From Promethearchaeota archaeon (GTDB lineage Archaea > Asgardarchaeota > Lokiarchaeia > Sigyniarchaeales > SOKP01): a stretch of DNA of 64,000 nucleotides. Of the stretch, positions 28,001 to 35,572 are shown one piece after another. Position 1 is the stretch's first letter. Each line of letters opens with the position of its first letter. The notes beneath the pieces are model-generated. The model had not been told where the DNA came from. It did not search any database and saw only the letters and a program-made list of their open reading frames with translations. Both the position numbers and the translations under genes were made by a program. The stretch lies in the NCBI GenBank assembly GCA_019058015.1, contig JAHLWH010000192.1, positions 302 to 64,301 on the forward strand, read 5' to 3'.

Positions 28001-31000
28001 AGAGTCAGCAAGAAGAGAAAGTAAAATTTGCGCAATATATTCAGGAACAGAAAAAAATCTTATCAGAGCAGAAATTAAAGAAACAAGAAGAAGCATTGAA
28101 AATGCTTGAGAGTTCAGATGAGCATATAAGGGAAGGAAATTTAGATGAGGCTATTAGAATTCACAAATCGGCAATAGAAATTTTTAATCAAATTGGTTGG
28201 AAAGGTCCTTATCTTAGGGTAATTAAAGATACACTAGAGAATTTAAATAGACGTAAAGTTGAAATCTCACAAAAGTTGCAACGAAGGAAGGAATTAGCAG
28301 TTAAACATGAAGCTGAAGAAAGAGAATTTCAAGCGAGAATTACTCATAATATTGAGTTAGAAAAGAAAAAAATGCTTGTTAAAAAAATCACGACTCAGAC
28401 TAAAGAACGATTACTTGCTTATCGAGAAAAAAAGCGTATTGAAGCATTTGATGTAATGAATAAGGCGGAGATTTTAACAAAACGTGGAAATTTTGATGAA
28501 TCTTTAGACCATTATCGTCAAGCTGATATTATTTTAAGTGAAATTCAATTTCCCTCACAGGCAGTTAAAGAAATGATACAGAAAATTAAATTGAAACAAA
28601 AGGAACAAAAGGAGTTATTACGGAAAGAAAGAAAGCTTCAAATTCATAGGCAATTAGAGGAGGAGACATTTCAAAAAGAAATTACTCGTCGGTTAGCACT
28701 TGAGAGAGAGAAGATGATGGTGAAGAAGATAGCAATCGAAACACGCGAGAAGATAGAAGTATATCGTGAGCAAAAACGAGAGGAAGCATTTAAGATATTG
28801 GATGAGGCGGAAGATTTAACTAAAACCGGGAATTTTGAGTTGGCAATTAATGCATATCGAAATGCCGTGCTTCTTTTAAGTAAAATACAATATCCTATTG
28901 ATTCGATTCATGAAATGATTAGAAAGGTCCGGTTAAAAAAGGTTGAACAAGAGGAACTTAAACGAAGAGAAATTAAACTGGCAGCCCAAAGGGAGAGAGA
29001 ATCAAGAGAATTTCGGGATAAAATCGCTTGGGAATTAAGAAGAGAGAGTGAGAGATTAAGAAGAAGGACAATTGCACTTATAGAATATGAAGCTGAAGTA
29101 GAATATCGTGAAGATAGAAAAAAGGAAGCTTTTGATGTGTTAGATTCAGCAAAGTTATTAACACTTAGAGGAGATTTTGATGCATCTATTGAGAAATATC
29201 GGAAAACTTCTATAATATTAGCGGAAATTCAATGGACAGAAGAATTAACACTAATTCAAAATACAATTCGTCAACTGGAAAATAGGAAGAAAGAACAAGA
29301 ACTTTGGGAACAACAATCTCGAGAAGAAGCAATTAAACGAGAACTTGAAGAGAGAGAATTTCAAGAAAAAATTACTGAGGCATTAAGAAAGGAGGGTGAA
29401 AAATTAAGAGAAAAAGAGATTGCACTTAGGGAATATGAACAAGAAAAAGAATATCGAGAAAAAAGGAGGGATGAGGCATTAAAGATTTTGGATAAAGCAG
29501 AAAAATCGACTATTGCTGGAGATTTTGATACAGCTATAGAAAAATATCATGAAGCATCAATCATTTTCGCTGAAATACAATGGACAGAGGAATTAGCACT
29601 TATTCAGAACGCAGTTCGCGATCTTGAGTATAAAAAGAAAGAACGGGTGTTTTGGCAACAAAAAGCTCGAGAAGATGCAATTTGGAGGGAATTAGAAGCA
29701 AAAAAATTTCAAACAGAGATTACTGAGGCATTAAGAAAGGAACGTGAAAGATTAAAGGATAAAGAGATTGCAATCAGAGAGTATGAAGAAGAAGTAAAAT
29801 ATCGGGAGATAAGAAAAGAGGAAGCATTTCATATTTTAGATTCAGCACAAATTTTAACAATGAGGGGAAATTTCGATGGGGCTATTGAGAAATATCATGA
29901 AGCCTCAATAATTTTAGCAGAAATTCAATGGACAGAAGAATTAGAACATATTCAAAATGCAATTAGTGAGCTTAATAAGAAAGAGAAAGAAAGAGAGCTT
30001 TGGCAACTAAAATTAAGAGAGGCAGTACTTAAACAAGAGCATGAAATAAGAGAATTTCAGCATAAAATTTCCATAATGAAAAAGAATGAAGAAGATAAAG
30101 TAAAAATGGCGCAGTTTTTACAAAAACAGCAAAAGGTTTTATCAGAACAACAACTAAAAAAGCAAAATGACGCGTTGAAGATGCTTGAAGTTGCAGATAC
30201 TCATATAAAAAGAGGTCAATTAGATGATGCTATTGAAATTTATAAATCAGCAGTAGATATTTTTAATAAGATAGGTTGGAAGGGTCCTTATCTTAAAGTT
30301 TTCCAAGATACATTTGATAATTTAACTAAACGCAAACTTGAAATCGAACAATTAAAACAACATCAAATACAATTAGCAGCTAAACGTGAAGCAGAGGAAA
30401 GAGAATTTCAAGCTAAAATTGCTCGAAGTATAGAGTCTAAAAAGAAGAAGATGCTAGCAAAAGAAATTGCTATTCAAACTAGGGAAGAAATAATTGCTCA
30501 TCGAGATAATCGACGTAATAAAGCATTTGATATTATGGATAAAGCAGAGGAATTAACTAAAGCTGGAAAATTTGATGAATCATTAACGCTTTATCGCCAA
30601 GCTGATATAATATTAAGTGAAATTCAATTTCCATCATATGCGGTAAGAGAAATGATACAGAAAATCAAAATGAAGCAAAAGGAACAAGAGGAATTACGTC
30701 AAAAAGAGAGCGAACTTCAAATAAAAAGACAATTAGAAGAAGAGGCATTTCAAAGAGAAATTGCTCGTCAGGTAGCACTTGAGAGAGAGAAGATGATAGT
30801 GAAGGAAATTGAGATTGAAACTCAAGAAAATATAAGGGCATACCGAGAAAAACGCCGAGATGAAGTATTTAAAGTATTAGATGAAGCGGAATTCTTAACA
30901 AAAAGAGGAAACTTAGATTTAGCTATTGAAACCTATCGCAAAGCAGCTCTTTATCTAACTGAAATTCAATATCCAGTTGATGCAATTTATGAAATGATTA

Positions 31001-33858
31001 AAAAACTTCGCATTAAAAAAATAGAAGAAGATCAAATGAGACAGAGAAAAATTGAAGCACCTACTCAGAGAGAGCTTGAATATAGACGTTTTCAGGAAGA
31101 GATTACTCTAGAATTGAAAAGAGAAGAGGAAAGACTCAAAGAAAAAGAAATCATACTTAGAGAATATGAAAAAGAAAAGGAATATCGTGAAACAAGAAAG
31201 AATGAAACATTCAATATTTTAGATACTGCAAAACAATTTACAATTAGGGGAAATTTTGATGCCGCTATAGAAAAATATCACGAGGCTTCAATAATTTTGG
31301 CTGAAATTCAATGGACTGAGGAATTAACAAATATTCAAAATGCTATTCGTGAACTTGAAAGGAGAAAGAAGGAAAGAGAACTTTTGGAGCAAAAAGCAAG
31401 AGAAGAAGCGCTTAGGAGGGAACAAGAAACGAGAGAATTTCAATACAACATTGTGCAAATGAAGGCAATGAACGCAGAAAAAATAAAAATGGCACAATAT
31501 ATTCAAGAACAACAAAAGGTTTTATCAGAAGCAAATTATTTAAGACAAAATGAAACGCTAAAAATGCTTGAAGCTGCAGATACATATATAAAAAGGGATA
31601 AATTAGATGATGCTATTGAAATATACATATCTGCTATGGGAATACTTAATGAAATAGGATGGAAAGGACCATATTTAAAAGTAATTCAAGACACACTAGA
31701 TAATTTAAATAAGCGCAAACTCGAAATTGAACAAATCAAACAACAGCAAATTGAGTTAGCAGTTAAACGTGATGCAGAGGAGAGAGACTTTCAGGCTAAA
31801 ATCGCACGAAGTATAGAGAATGAAAGACAGAAAATGTTAGCAAAAAAAATTGTTATTCAGACTCAGGAAGAATTACTTGCTCATCGTGAAAATAGGCGTA
31901 AGGAAGGATTTGACATTATAGATAAAGCTAAAGAAATGACGAAAGAAGAAAATTTTGAGGAAGCATTAAGACTATACCGTCAAGCCGATATAATTTTAAG
32001 TGAAATTCAATTCCCATCAAACGTTGTAAAAGAAATGATTCAAAAAGTCAAATTGAAACAAAGGGAACAAGAAGAATTACGTCAAAGAGAAAGAGAGATT
32101 CAAATTCAGAAGCAATTAGAAGAAGAAGGATTTCAAAGGGAAATTGCTTATCACATAAAGCTTGAGAAAGAAAAAATGAGGTCAAAAAAGATTGCGCTTG
32201 AAGCACAAGAAATGATTAAAGATTATCGCGAACAAATAAGAGAAGAAGCATTTAGAGTACTAGAAGAGGCAGGACAATTAACCAACTCTGGAAAATATGA
32301 ATTAGCGATTAGTGCTTATAGAAATGCCACGTTAATTCTTAGCGAGATTCAATATCCTATCGATTCAATTAATGAGATGATTAAAAAAGTTCAGAATAAA
32401 AAATTAGAGCAAGAACAGCTTAAACATATAGAAATGGAGGCAGCGTTCCAAAGAGAGCAAGAAGAAAAGTACCTTGAAGAGGAAATTGGCCAAAAAGTTC
32501 AGTTAGAACAAGAAAGAATGATGAAGAAGTTAAAAGCTATTGTATCACGTGAAAAACTACAAGTACGTTTTGAACAACGAAGAGAAGAAGCATTCAAGGT
32601 ATTAGAAGAAGCAGAACAATTAATTAAGACTGGTAACTTTGATGAAGCAATTGAAACATACCGAAAAGCTTCATTAATTCTAAGTGAAATTCAATATCCC
32701 TTAGAGTCAATCAATGAGATGATCAGAAAAGTACAAATGAGAAAGTTCCAACAAGAACAGATTATTCAACAAGGAAGGGAAGCACAACTTCAGAGAGAAA
32801 GAGAAGAGGCCGATCTTAGAAGAATTATTGAAGAACGTCAGCGTCAAGAAGAGGAAATGAAAAGAGCAAGATATTTGGCTCTAAAGCAAAGAGAAGAATT
32901 AATTGCAAGAGTAGAAAGCCGTAGAGAAGTTGCATTTTCCCTATTGGAGAATGCTGATAAATTTTTAAAGCAATTTCCTCCTGATTTTGATAAATCAATT
33001 GAGTTATATTTAGAAGCTAGAAATATTCTTTTAGAAATAAATTGGGAGCCAGAAATTGCGAATTTAGACACTTTAATCAGAAATTTAAGAGAAGAAAAAC
33101 AAAAATTTATTATTCAACAAAAGCAGGAAGAGGAGGTCCGAATTCGTGCTGCTGAAGAATATGAGAAATTTAAGCAGGAAATCCTAAGAAAAAAGTTAGA
33201 AGTTAAAAGAGTTCAAGAAGAACAACGGATAAAGCTTGAAGCATTTAAATTTGAACAAGAACAACGAGAAAAACTTCAACAAGAGGGTTTTAATCTTCTT
33301 GATGATGCAAAAAAATCAGTTTTAATGCATCAGTTTAATTTTGCTTACAAACAATTTGATCAGGCTGTTGAAAAATTTAAAAGTATTGGCTGGTTTGAAC
33401 AGATAAAATATATTGAAAAGGAAATAGAAACTACTAAGAAATTAGAAGAAAATGCAATAAAAGCACAGGAAGAGGTTAAAAGAGCTCAAGAGGCACTCTT
33501 AAAACAAAAAGGATTAGAAGAACAGCGGCGAATAGAAGAAGAAACAATGAAAATACAATCAGTTAAGGAAATTACAGCAATTTCAGATGACATTATCAAA
33601 TCATTAAGACAACAACGATTAGAACAAGAAAGTATTCAAGTTGTTACTAAAGAACAAATAAAATCAGATGCTGCAAGTTTTGCAAAAGAGTTAACAAAAA
33701 TGATTAAAATTAAACAAAATTTAGTAGCAGAAATTGAAAAAGCTGAAGAGGACGAGAAACAAAAAGCAATAGAGAAAGAAAAACAAAAAACCAAGGAAGA
33801 ACTAAAAGATCTACATAAAAGGATAAAAGATGCTGCCAAAAAATCAAAGAAAAAATAA
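25075..33858 (+). CDS. Giant (2,927 aa) cytosolic repeat protein: ~25 MIT-like three-helix modules separated by Glu/Arg/Lys-rich helices
   Basis: Uninterrupted 8,784-nt ORF with no TM or signal segment. The recurring unit is 'EAFxxLDxAExLxxxGxFDxAIExYxxAxxIxxEIxW..EL..IQxAIxxLE', followed by 'REFQxxI...REYExExEYRExRK'. Confidence 0.9.
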   Translation: MFEKPSPQQLAEEAVRHLDLAEKYESQQNWAKAIVEYKRAVELLKQSGLLSVHVDDINERIMRLTQVAQQEKALQRKKAEAEFSGIRDEAFHFLDKAKSLEVNGRYQEAISRYSSAIKLLEQAKWDESLLGQIKLKLEKLMEIFKQQQIMAHQRALRAEQTPTKVEKSFGAPETTIIPAGLDKRSKLRMEFETQKRKEEDIQNRAFESIDMGKKFLEEKNFDVAKSKYLEALDLLRSIRWTDENLSYLYSDIDSVERQRVAFEKAESQKVEQAARATPQPVTSEIAPQKEIVPEIMDVQSKAIMKYEAKKRREEEVQKKAFELMDEGERLIKVKEFDEAMEKYGMAGRLLESIGWADQLVHINKIIDKIYKDRVNYKKLQAQQIKAKEAAVTAPVPEISVKAKANIEFKKQKIVEFEERNKHEEHIQEEAFKMIDIAKRFEREKQYDGAIENFNRAIDLLQSIGWTDYVKPIYKFISDIRRRQENEQKVLEEKKSREKEYLKFQEIIKKHEKIQVDQEVEGISLKQKELEKTREIDHAKEKKAFNVINEADELVRKGNYEKAIKNYKKARDIFREIGWADQIATIETTLNTVQYKYREFLKNEETAKELKVKRAKEDEEFRKTIAEQIRKEREKLEKKKIEIREYETEIEYRKKRKVEAFKILDEAEEYTLRGDFDIAIEKYSMALMIFAEIQWTDELSLIQDAIRDLENRKKEMRLLKLKEREDALKREKETKEFQDKISEQLREERMKLREKEITVREYEKEVKYREKQKEKAFKILDEAQKLTISGDFDDAIEKYEVASIIFAEIQWDDELALIQNAIRELENKKIERELWEQKTREVLLKREQETQEFQDMIAEELRMEREKLREGQIGLREHEAEVKYRENRKNEAFDILDAAEMLIMRGDLDATIEKYHEASIIFAEIRWTEELALIQGAIRKLEQQKKEKELWEQIVREEAIKREQEAREFQHEIALIKSQQEEKVKFAQYIQEQKKILSEQKLKKQEEALKMLESSDEHIREGNLDEAIRIHKSAIEIFNQIGWKGPYLRVIKDTLENLNRRKVEISQKLQRRKELAVKHEAEEREFQARITHNIELEKKKMLVKKITTQTKERLLAYREKKRIEAFDVMNKAEILTKRGNFDESLDHYRQADIILSEIQFPSQAVKEMIQKIKLKQKEQKELLRKERKLQIHRQLEEETFQKEITRRLALEREKMMVKKIAIETREKIEVYREQKREEAFKILDEAEDLTKTGNFELAINAYRNAVLLLSKIQYPIDSIHEMIRKVRLKKVEQEELKRREIKLAAQRERESREFRDKIAWELRRESERLRRRTIALIEYEAEVEYREDRKKEAFDVLDSAKLLTLRGDFDASIEKYRKTSIILAEIQWTEELTLIQNTIRQLENRKKEQELWEQQSREEAIKRELEEREFQEKITEALRKEGEKLREKEIALREYEQEKEYREKRRDEALKILDKAEKSTIAGDFDTAIEKYHEASIIFAEIQWTEELALIQNAVRDLEYKKKERVFWQQKAREDAIWRELEAKKFQTEITEALRKERERLKDKEIAIREYEEEVKYREIRKEEAFHILDSAQILTMRGNFDGAIEKYHEASIILAEIQWTEELEHIQNAISELNKKEKERELWQLKLREAVLKQEHEIREFQHKISIMKKNEEDKVKMAQFLQKQQKVLSEQQLKKQNDALKMLEVADTHIKRGQLDDAIEIYKSAVDIFNKIGWKGPYLKVFQDTFDNLTKRKLEIEQLKQHQIQLAAKREAEEREFQAKIARSIESKKKKMLAKEIAIQTREEIIAHRDNRRNKAFDIMDKAEELTKAGKFDESLTLYRQADIILSEIQFPSYAVREMIQKIKMKQKEQEELRQKESELQIKRQLEEEAFQREIARQVALEREKMIVKEIEIETQENIRAYREKRRDEVFKVLDEAEFLTKRGNLDLAIETYRKAALYLTEIQYPVDAIYEMIKKLRIKKIEEDQMRQRKIEAPTQRELEYRRFQEEITLELKREEERLKEKEIILREYEKEKEYRETRKNETFNILDTAKQFTIRGNFDAAIEKYHEASIILAEIQWTEELTNIQNAIRELERRKKERELLEQKAREEALRREQETREFQYNIVQMKAMNAEKIKMAQYIQEQQKVLSEANYLRQNETLKMLEAADTYIKRDKLDDAIEIYISAMGILNEIGWKGPYLKVIQDTLDNLNKRKLEIEQIKQQQIELAVKRDAEERDFQAKIARSIENERQKMLAKKIVIQTQEELLAHRENRRKEGFDIIDKAKEMTKEENFEEALRLYRQADIILSEIQFPSNVVKEMIQKVKLKQREQEELRQREREIQIQKQLEEEGFQREIAYHIKLEKEKMRSKKIALEAQEMIKDYREQIREEAFRVLEEAGQLTNSGKYELAISAYRNATLILSEIQYPIDSINEMIKKVQNKKLEQEQLKHIEMEAAFQREQEEKYLEEEIGQKVQLEQERMMKKLKAIVSREKLQVRFEQRREEAFKVLEEAEQLIKTGNFDEAIETYRKASLILSEIQYPLESINEMIRKVQMRKFQQEQIIQQGREAQLQREREEADLRRIIEERQRQEEEMKRARYLALKQREELIARVESRREVAFSLLENADKFLKQFPPDFDKSIELYLEARNILLEINWEPEIANLDTLIRNLREEKQKFIIQQKQEEEVRIRAAEEYEKFKQEILRKKLEVKRVQEEQRIKLEAFKFEQEQREKLQQEGFNLLDDAKKSVLMHQFNFAYKQFDQAVEKFKSIGWFEQIKYIEKEIETTKKLEENAIKAQEEVKRAQEALLKQKGLEEQRRIEEETMKIQSVKEITAISDDIIKSLRQQRLEQESIQVVTKEQIKSDAASFAKELTKMIKIKQNLVAEIEKAEEDEKQKAIEKEKQKTKEELKDLHKRIKDAAKKSKKK
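25438..33420 (+). repeat. In-frame array of 24 modules at 330-351-nt spacing (plus one shorter N-terminal module)
   Basis: The anchor is the codon three residues before the conserved W/F/Y. Anchors start at 25438, 25783, 26128, 26458, 26797, 27145, 27493, 27841, 28189, 28540, 28882, 29224, 29572, 29920, 30268, 30619, 30961, 31303, 31651, 32002, 32344, 32686, 33034 and 33382. I checked all of them to be in frame with 25075. Confidence 0.9.
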
Positions 33859-33883
33859 TTCTTTATTTCTAATTTATAACTGT

Positions 33884-35464
33884 TTAAATATTTTTTATTT
33901 CAATAAAGTATTTTTTAAGATTTCTGTTTATATAAATTATTCCAATTATCATTAGAGCCGAAATTGCTACTACAATTAATAATCTATAATCAAAAATTAT
34001 TGATAATATAAAACTTCCTGAACCACTGCCAAATATCAATTTTACAACTAAGAAATAATCATGATTGTTTGGTACAAAAATTCCGCATCTTCTATAGAAA
34101 TCGAATTGGTTAATGGTTGAAGCAGTTATTATAGGTTCTCCATAATAATTAGGATTGGTATCAAAAATATAAAGCTCTGCTTCTGCATCATTTAATAGAG
34201 CTAGATCAAAAAAATAATGCATTCCACCTTGTAAGTTAATTTTTCTACACCACACTTTTTTTTGATTAGAATTATCTCCCAAGGAAAAACAAACACTATT
34301 ATTGTTTTCAAAACTTACATATAGGTCCAATGCATCTATAGCAGCATAACCTTGAATCATTCCCCATCCTTGATAATTATCTTTAATAGCTCTTGGATAG
34401 ATGGTTTTTATGGAAGTTAAAGAAATAATACTTTTTACTTCAAGGGGTTTTAAGGAAGGGTCTTTTTCAAGCATTAATGATGCTAAGCCGCTAACCATAG
34501 GCGCTGCTACAGATGTCCCTGAAGCATATATATAAGTATCATTTCTCCCAAAATCATCCTTTGTAGCTCCATATATATCGACAGCAGGTGCGCATAAATC
34601 CGGTTTGATAATATTTTCACTAGAAGGACCTTTACTGCTTTTTGAATACATTATTCCATTGCTTTTCACACCACCGACACCAATAACCGATTTTGCATCA
34701 GCTGGAGAAGTAATTGTGTGAAAACCTGTTCCCTCTTCTCCATCATTCCCTACAGCAGCTACTACAACTATTCCTGCTTCCATCAAGGATTCTGTGATTG
34801 AATTTAAGAGTTTTATTGAATTACTATCTGTGGAAGCTTCTAACCCAAAACTCATACTCACTATTTTAATATTATATTTAATTTTATTCTCAAGAACCCA
34901 ATCAATCCCATTTTCAACGGCTTGAATAGAAGATATTAATTCATCATCCTCTTCAGAGAATTCAAAAACTTTTATGGCCACCAAATTTGCCTCAGGGGCT
35001 ACTCCAAGATATTGGGGTGAATTTCCTGCTGCAATTGATGAAACGTATGTTCCATGCGAATTAATATCCTCCGGACTTTTTTCTTTTTGATCAAAAGCAT
35101 CGTAAAACGCAACAATTTTTTCATTCCAAGAGATGGTTCCATTATTTGTGAAAACATCATGATATGGATAAATTCCCGTGTCAAATATTGCAATAGTTGA
35201 ATTTTTTCCGCTTAAATCATCATCGATAAAAGATTTATTTAAGCTAATTAAATCACTCACTTGAAATTGAGAAACAGCAGCTGTCTTAATGGGTGCTTGA
35301 TTGGTTTGAAGATTCAAATTATAATTTGGATTTAATGAAAAAGTTATTTGATTTAAATGATTCATTAAAAAAAGATAGGGAGAATTAAGCCAGATTACTA
35401 TTAACCAGAAGAAAATCCATTTTTTATTTAAAAATTGTTTGCACCCATTTGAATAGTAAAACAT
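33884..35464 (-). CDS. Subtilisin-like serine protease (peptidase S8), N-terminal signal/anchor and C-terminal TM
   Basis: Catalytic triad contexts are 'IAIFDTGI' (Asp), 'NSHGTYVSSIAAG' (His) and 'SGTSVAAPMVSGLASL' (Ser). There is a hydrophobic N-terminus and a C-terminal 'LLIVVAISALMIIGIIYI' segment. Confidence 0.85.
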   Translation of the reverse strand: MFYYSNGCKQFLNKKWIFFWLIVIWLNSPYLFLMNHLNQITFSLNPNYNLNLQTNQAPIKTAAVSQFQVSDLISLNKSFIDDDLSGKNSTIAIFDTGIYPYHDVFTNNGTISWNEKIVAFYDAFDQKEKSPEDINSHGTYVSSIAAGNSPQYLGVAPEANLVAIKVFEFSEEDDELISSIQAVENGIDWVLENKIKYNIKIVSMSFGLEASTDSNSIKLLNSITESLMEAGIVVVAAVGNDGEEGTGFHTITSPADAKSVIGVGGVKSNGIMYSKSSKGPSSENIIKPDLCAPAVDIYGATKDDFGRNDTYIYASGTSVAAPMVSGLASLMLEKDPSLKPLEVKSIISLTSIKTIYPRAIKDNYQGWGMIQGYAAIDALDLYVSFENNNSVCFSLGDNSNQKKVWCRKINLQGGMHYFFDLALLNDAEAELYIFDTNPNYYGEPIITASTINQFDFYRRCGIFVPNNHDYFLVVKLIFGSGSGSFILSIIFDYRLLIVVAISALMIIGIIYINRNLKKYFIEIKNI

Positions 35465-35572
35465 GAATTATATTTATCCATAAAAAATTGATTTATTTAT
35501 TGAATAAGAATAAAAGTTAATAATTATATGAATCACTTAATTTTATTTTTAATCCAATAAGTTGTAGGTATT

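Noticed and set aside
26850-33839. Five minus-strand 63-91-aa ORFs inside the giant repeat gene (26850, 27793, 31324, 32844, 33636)
   Set aside because: The complement of Glu/Lys/Arg-rich codons (GAA/AAA/AGA) gives Phe/Ser/Leu-rich open frames, a compositional artefact.
25075-33858. Possibility that the 8.8-kb ORF is an assembly artefact of collapsed or expanded repeats
   Set aside because: The modules are diverged from one another at DNA level, with many substitutions between equivalent modules. The frame is kept across all 25 units, and the N- and C-terminal modules are unique, which is not the pattern of a mis-assembled identical repeat. Long reads would still be needed for certainty.
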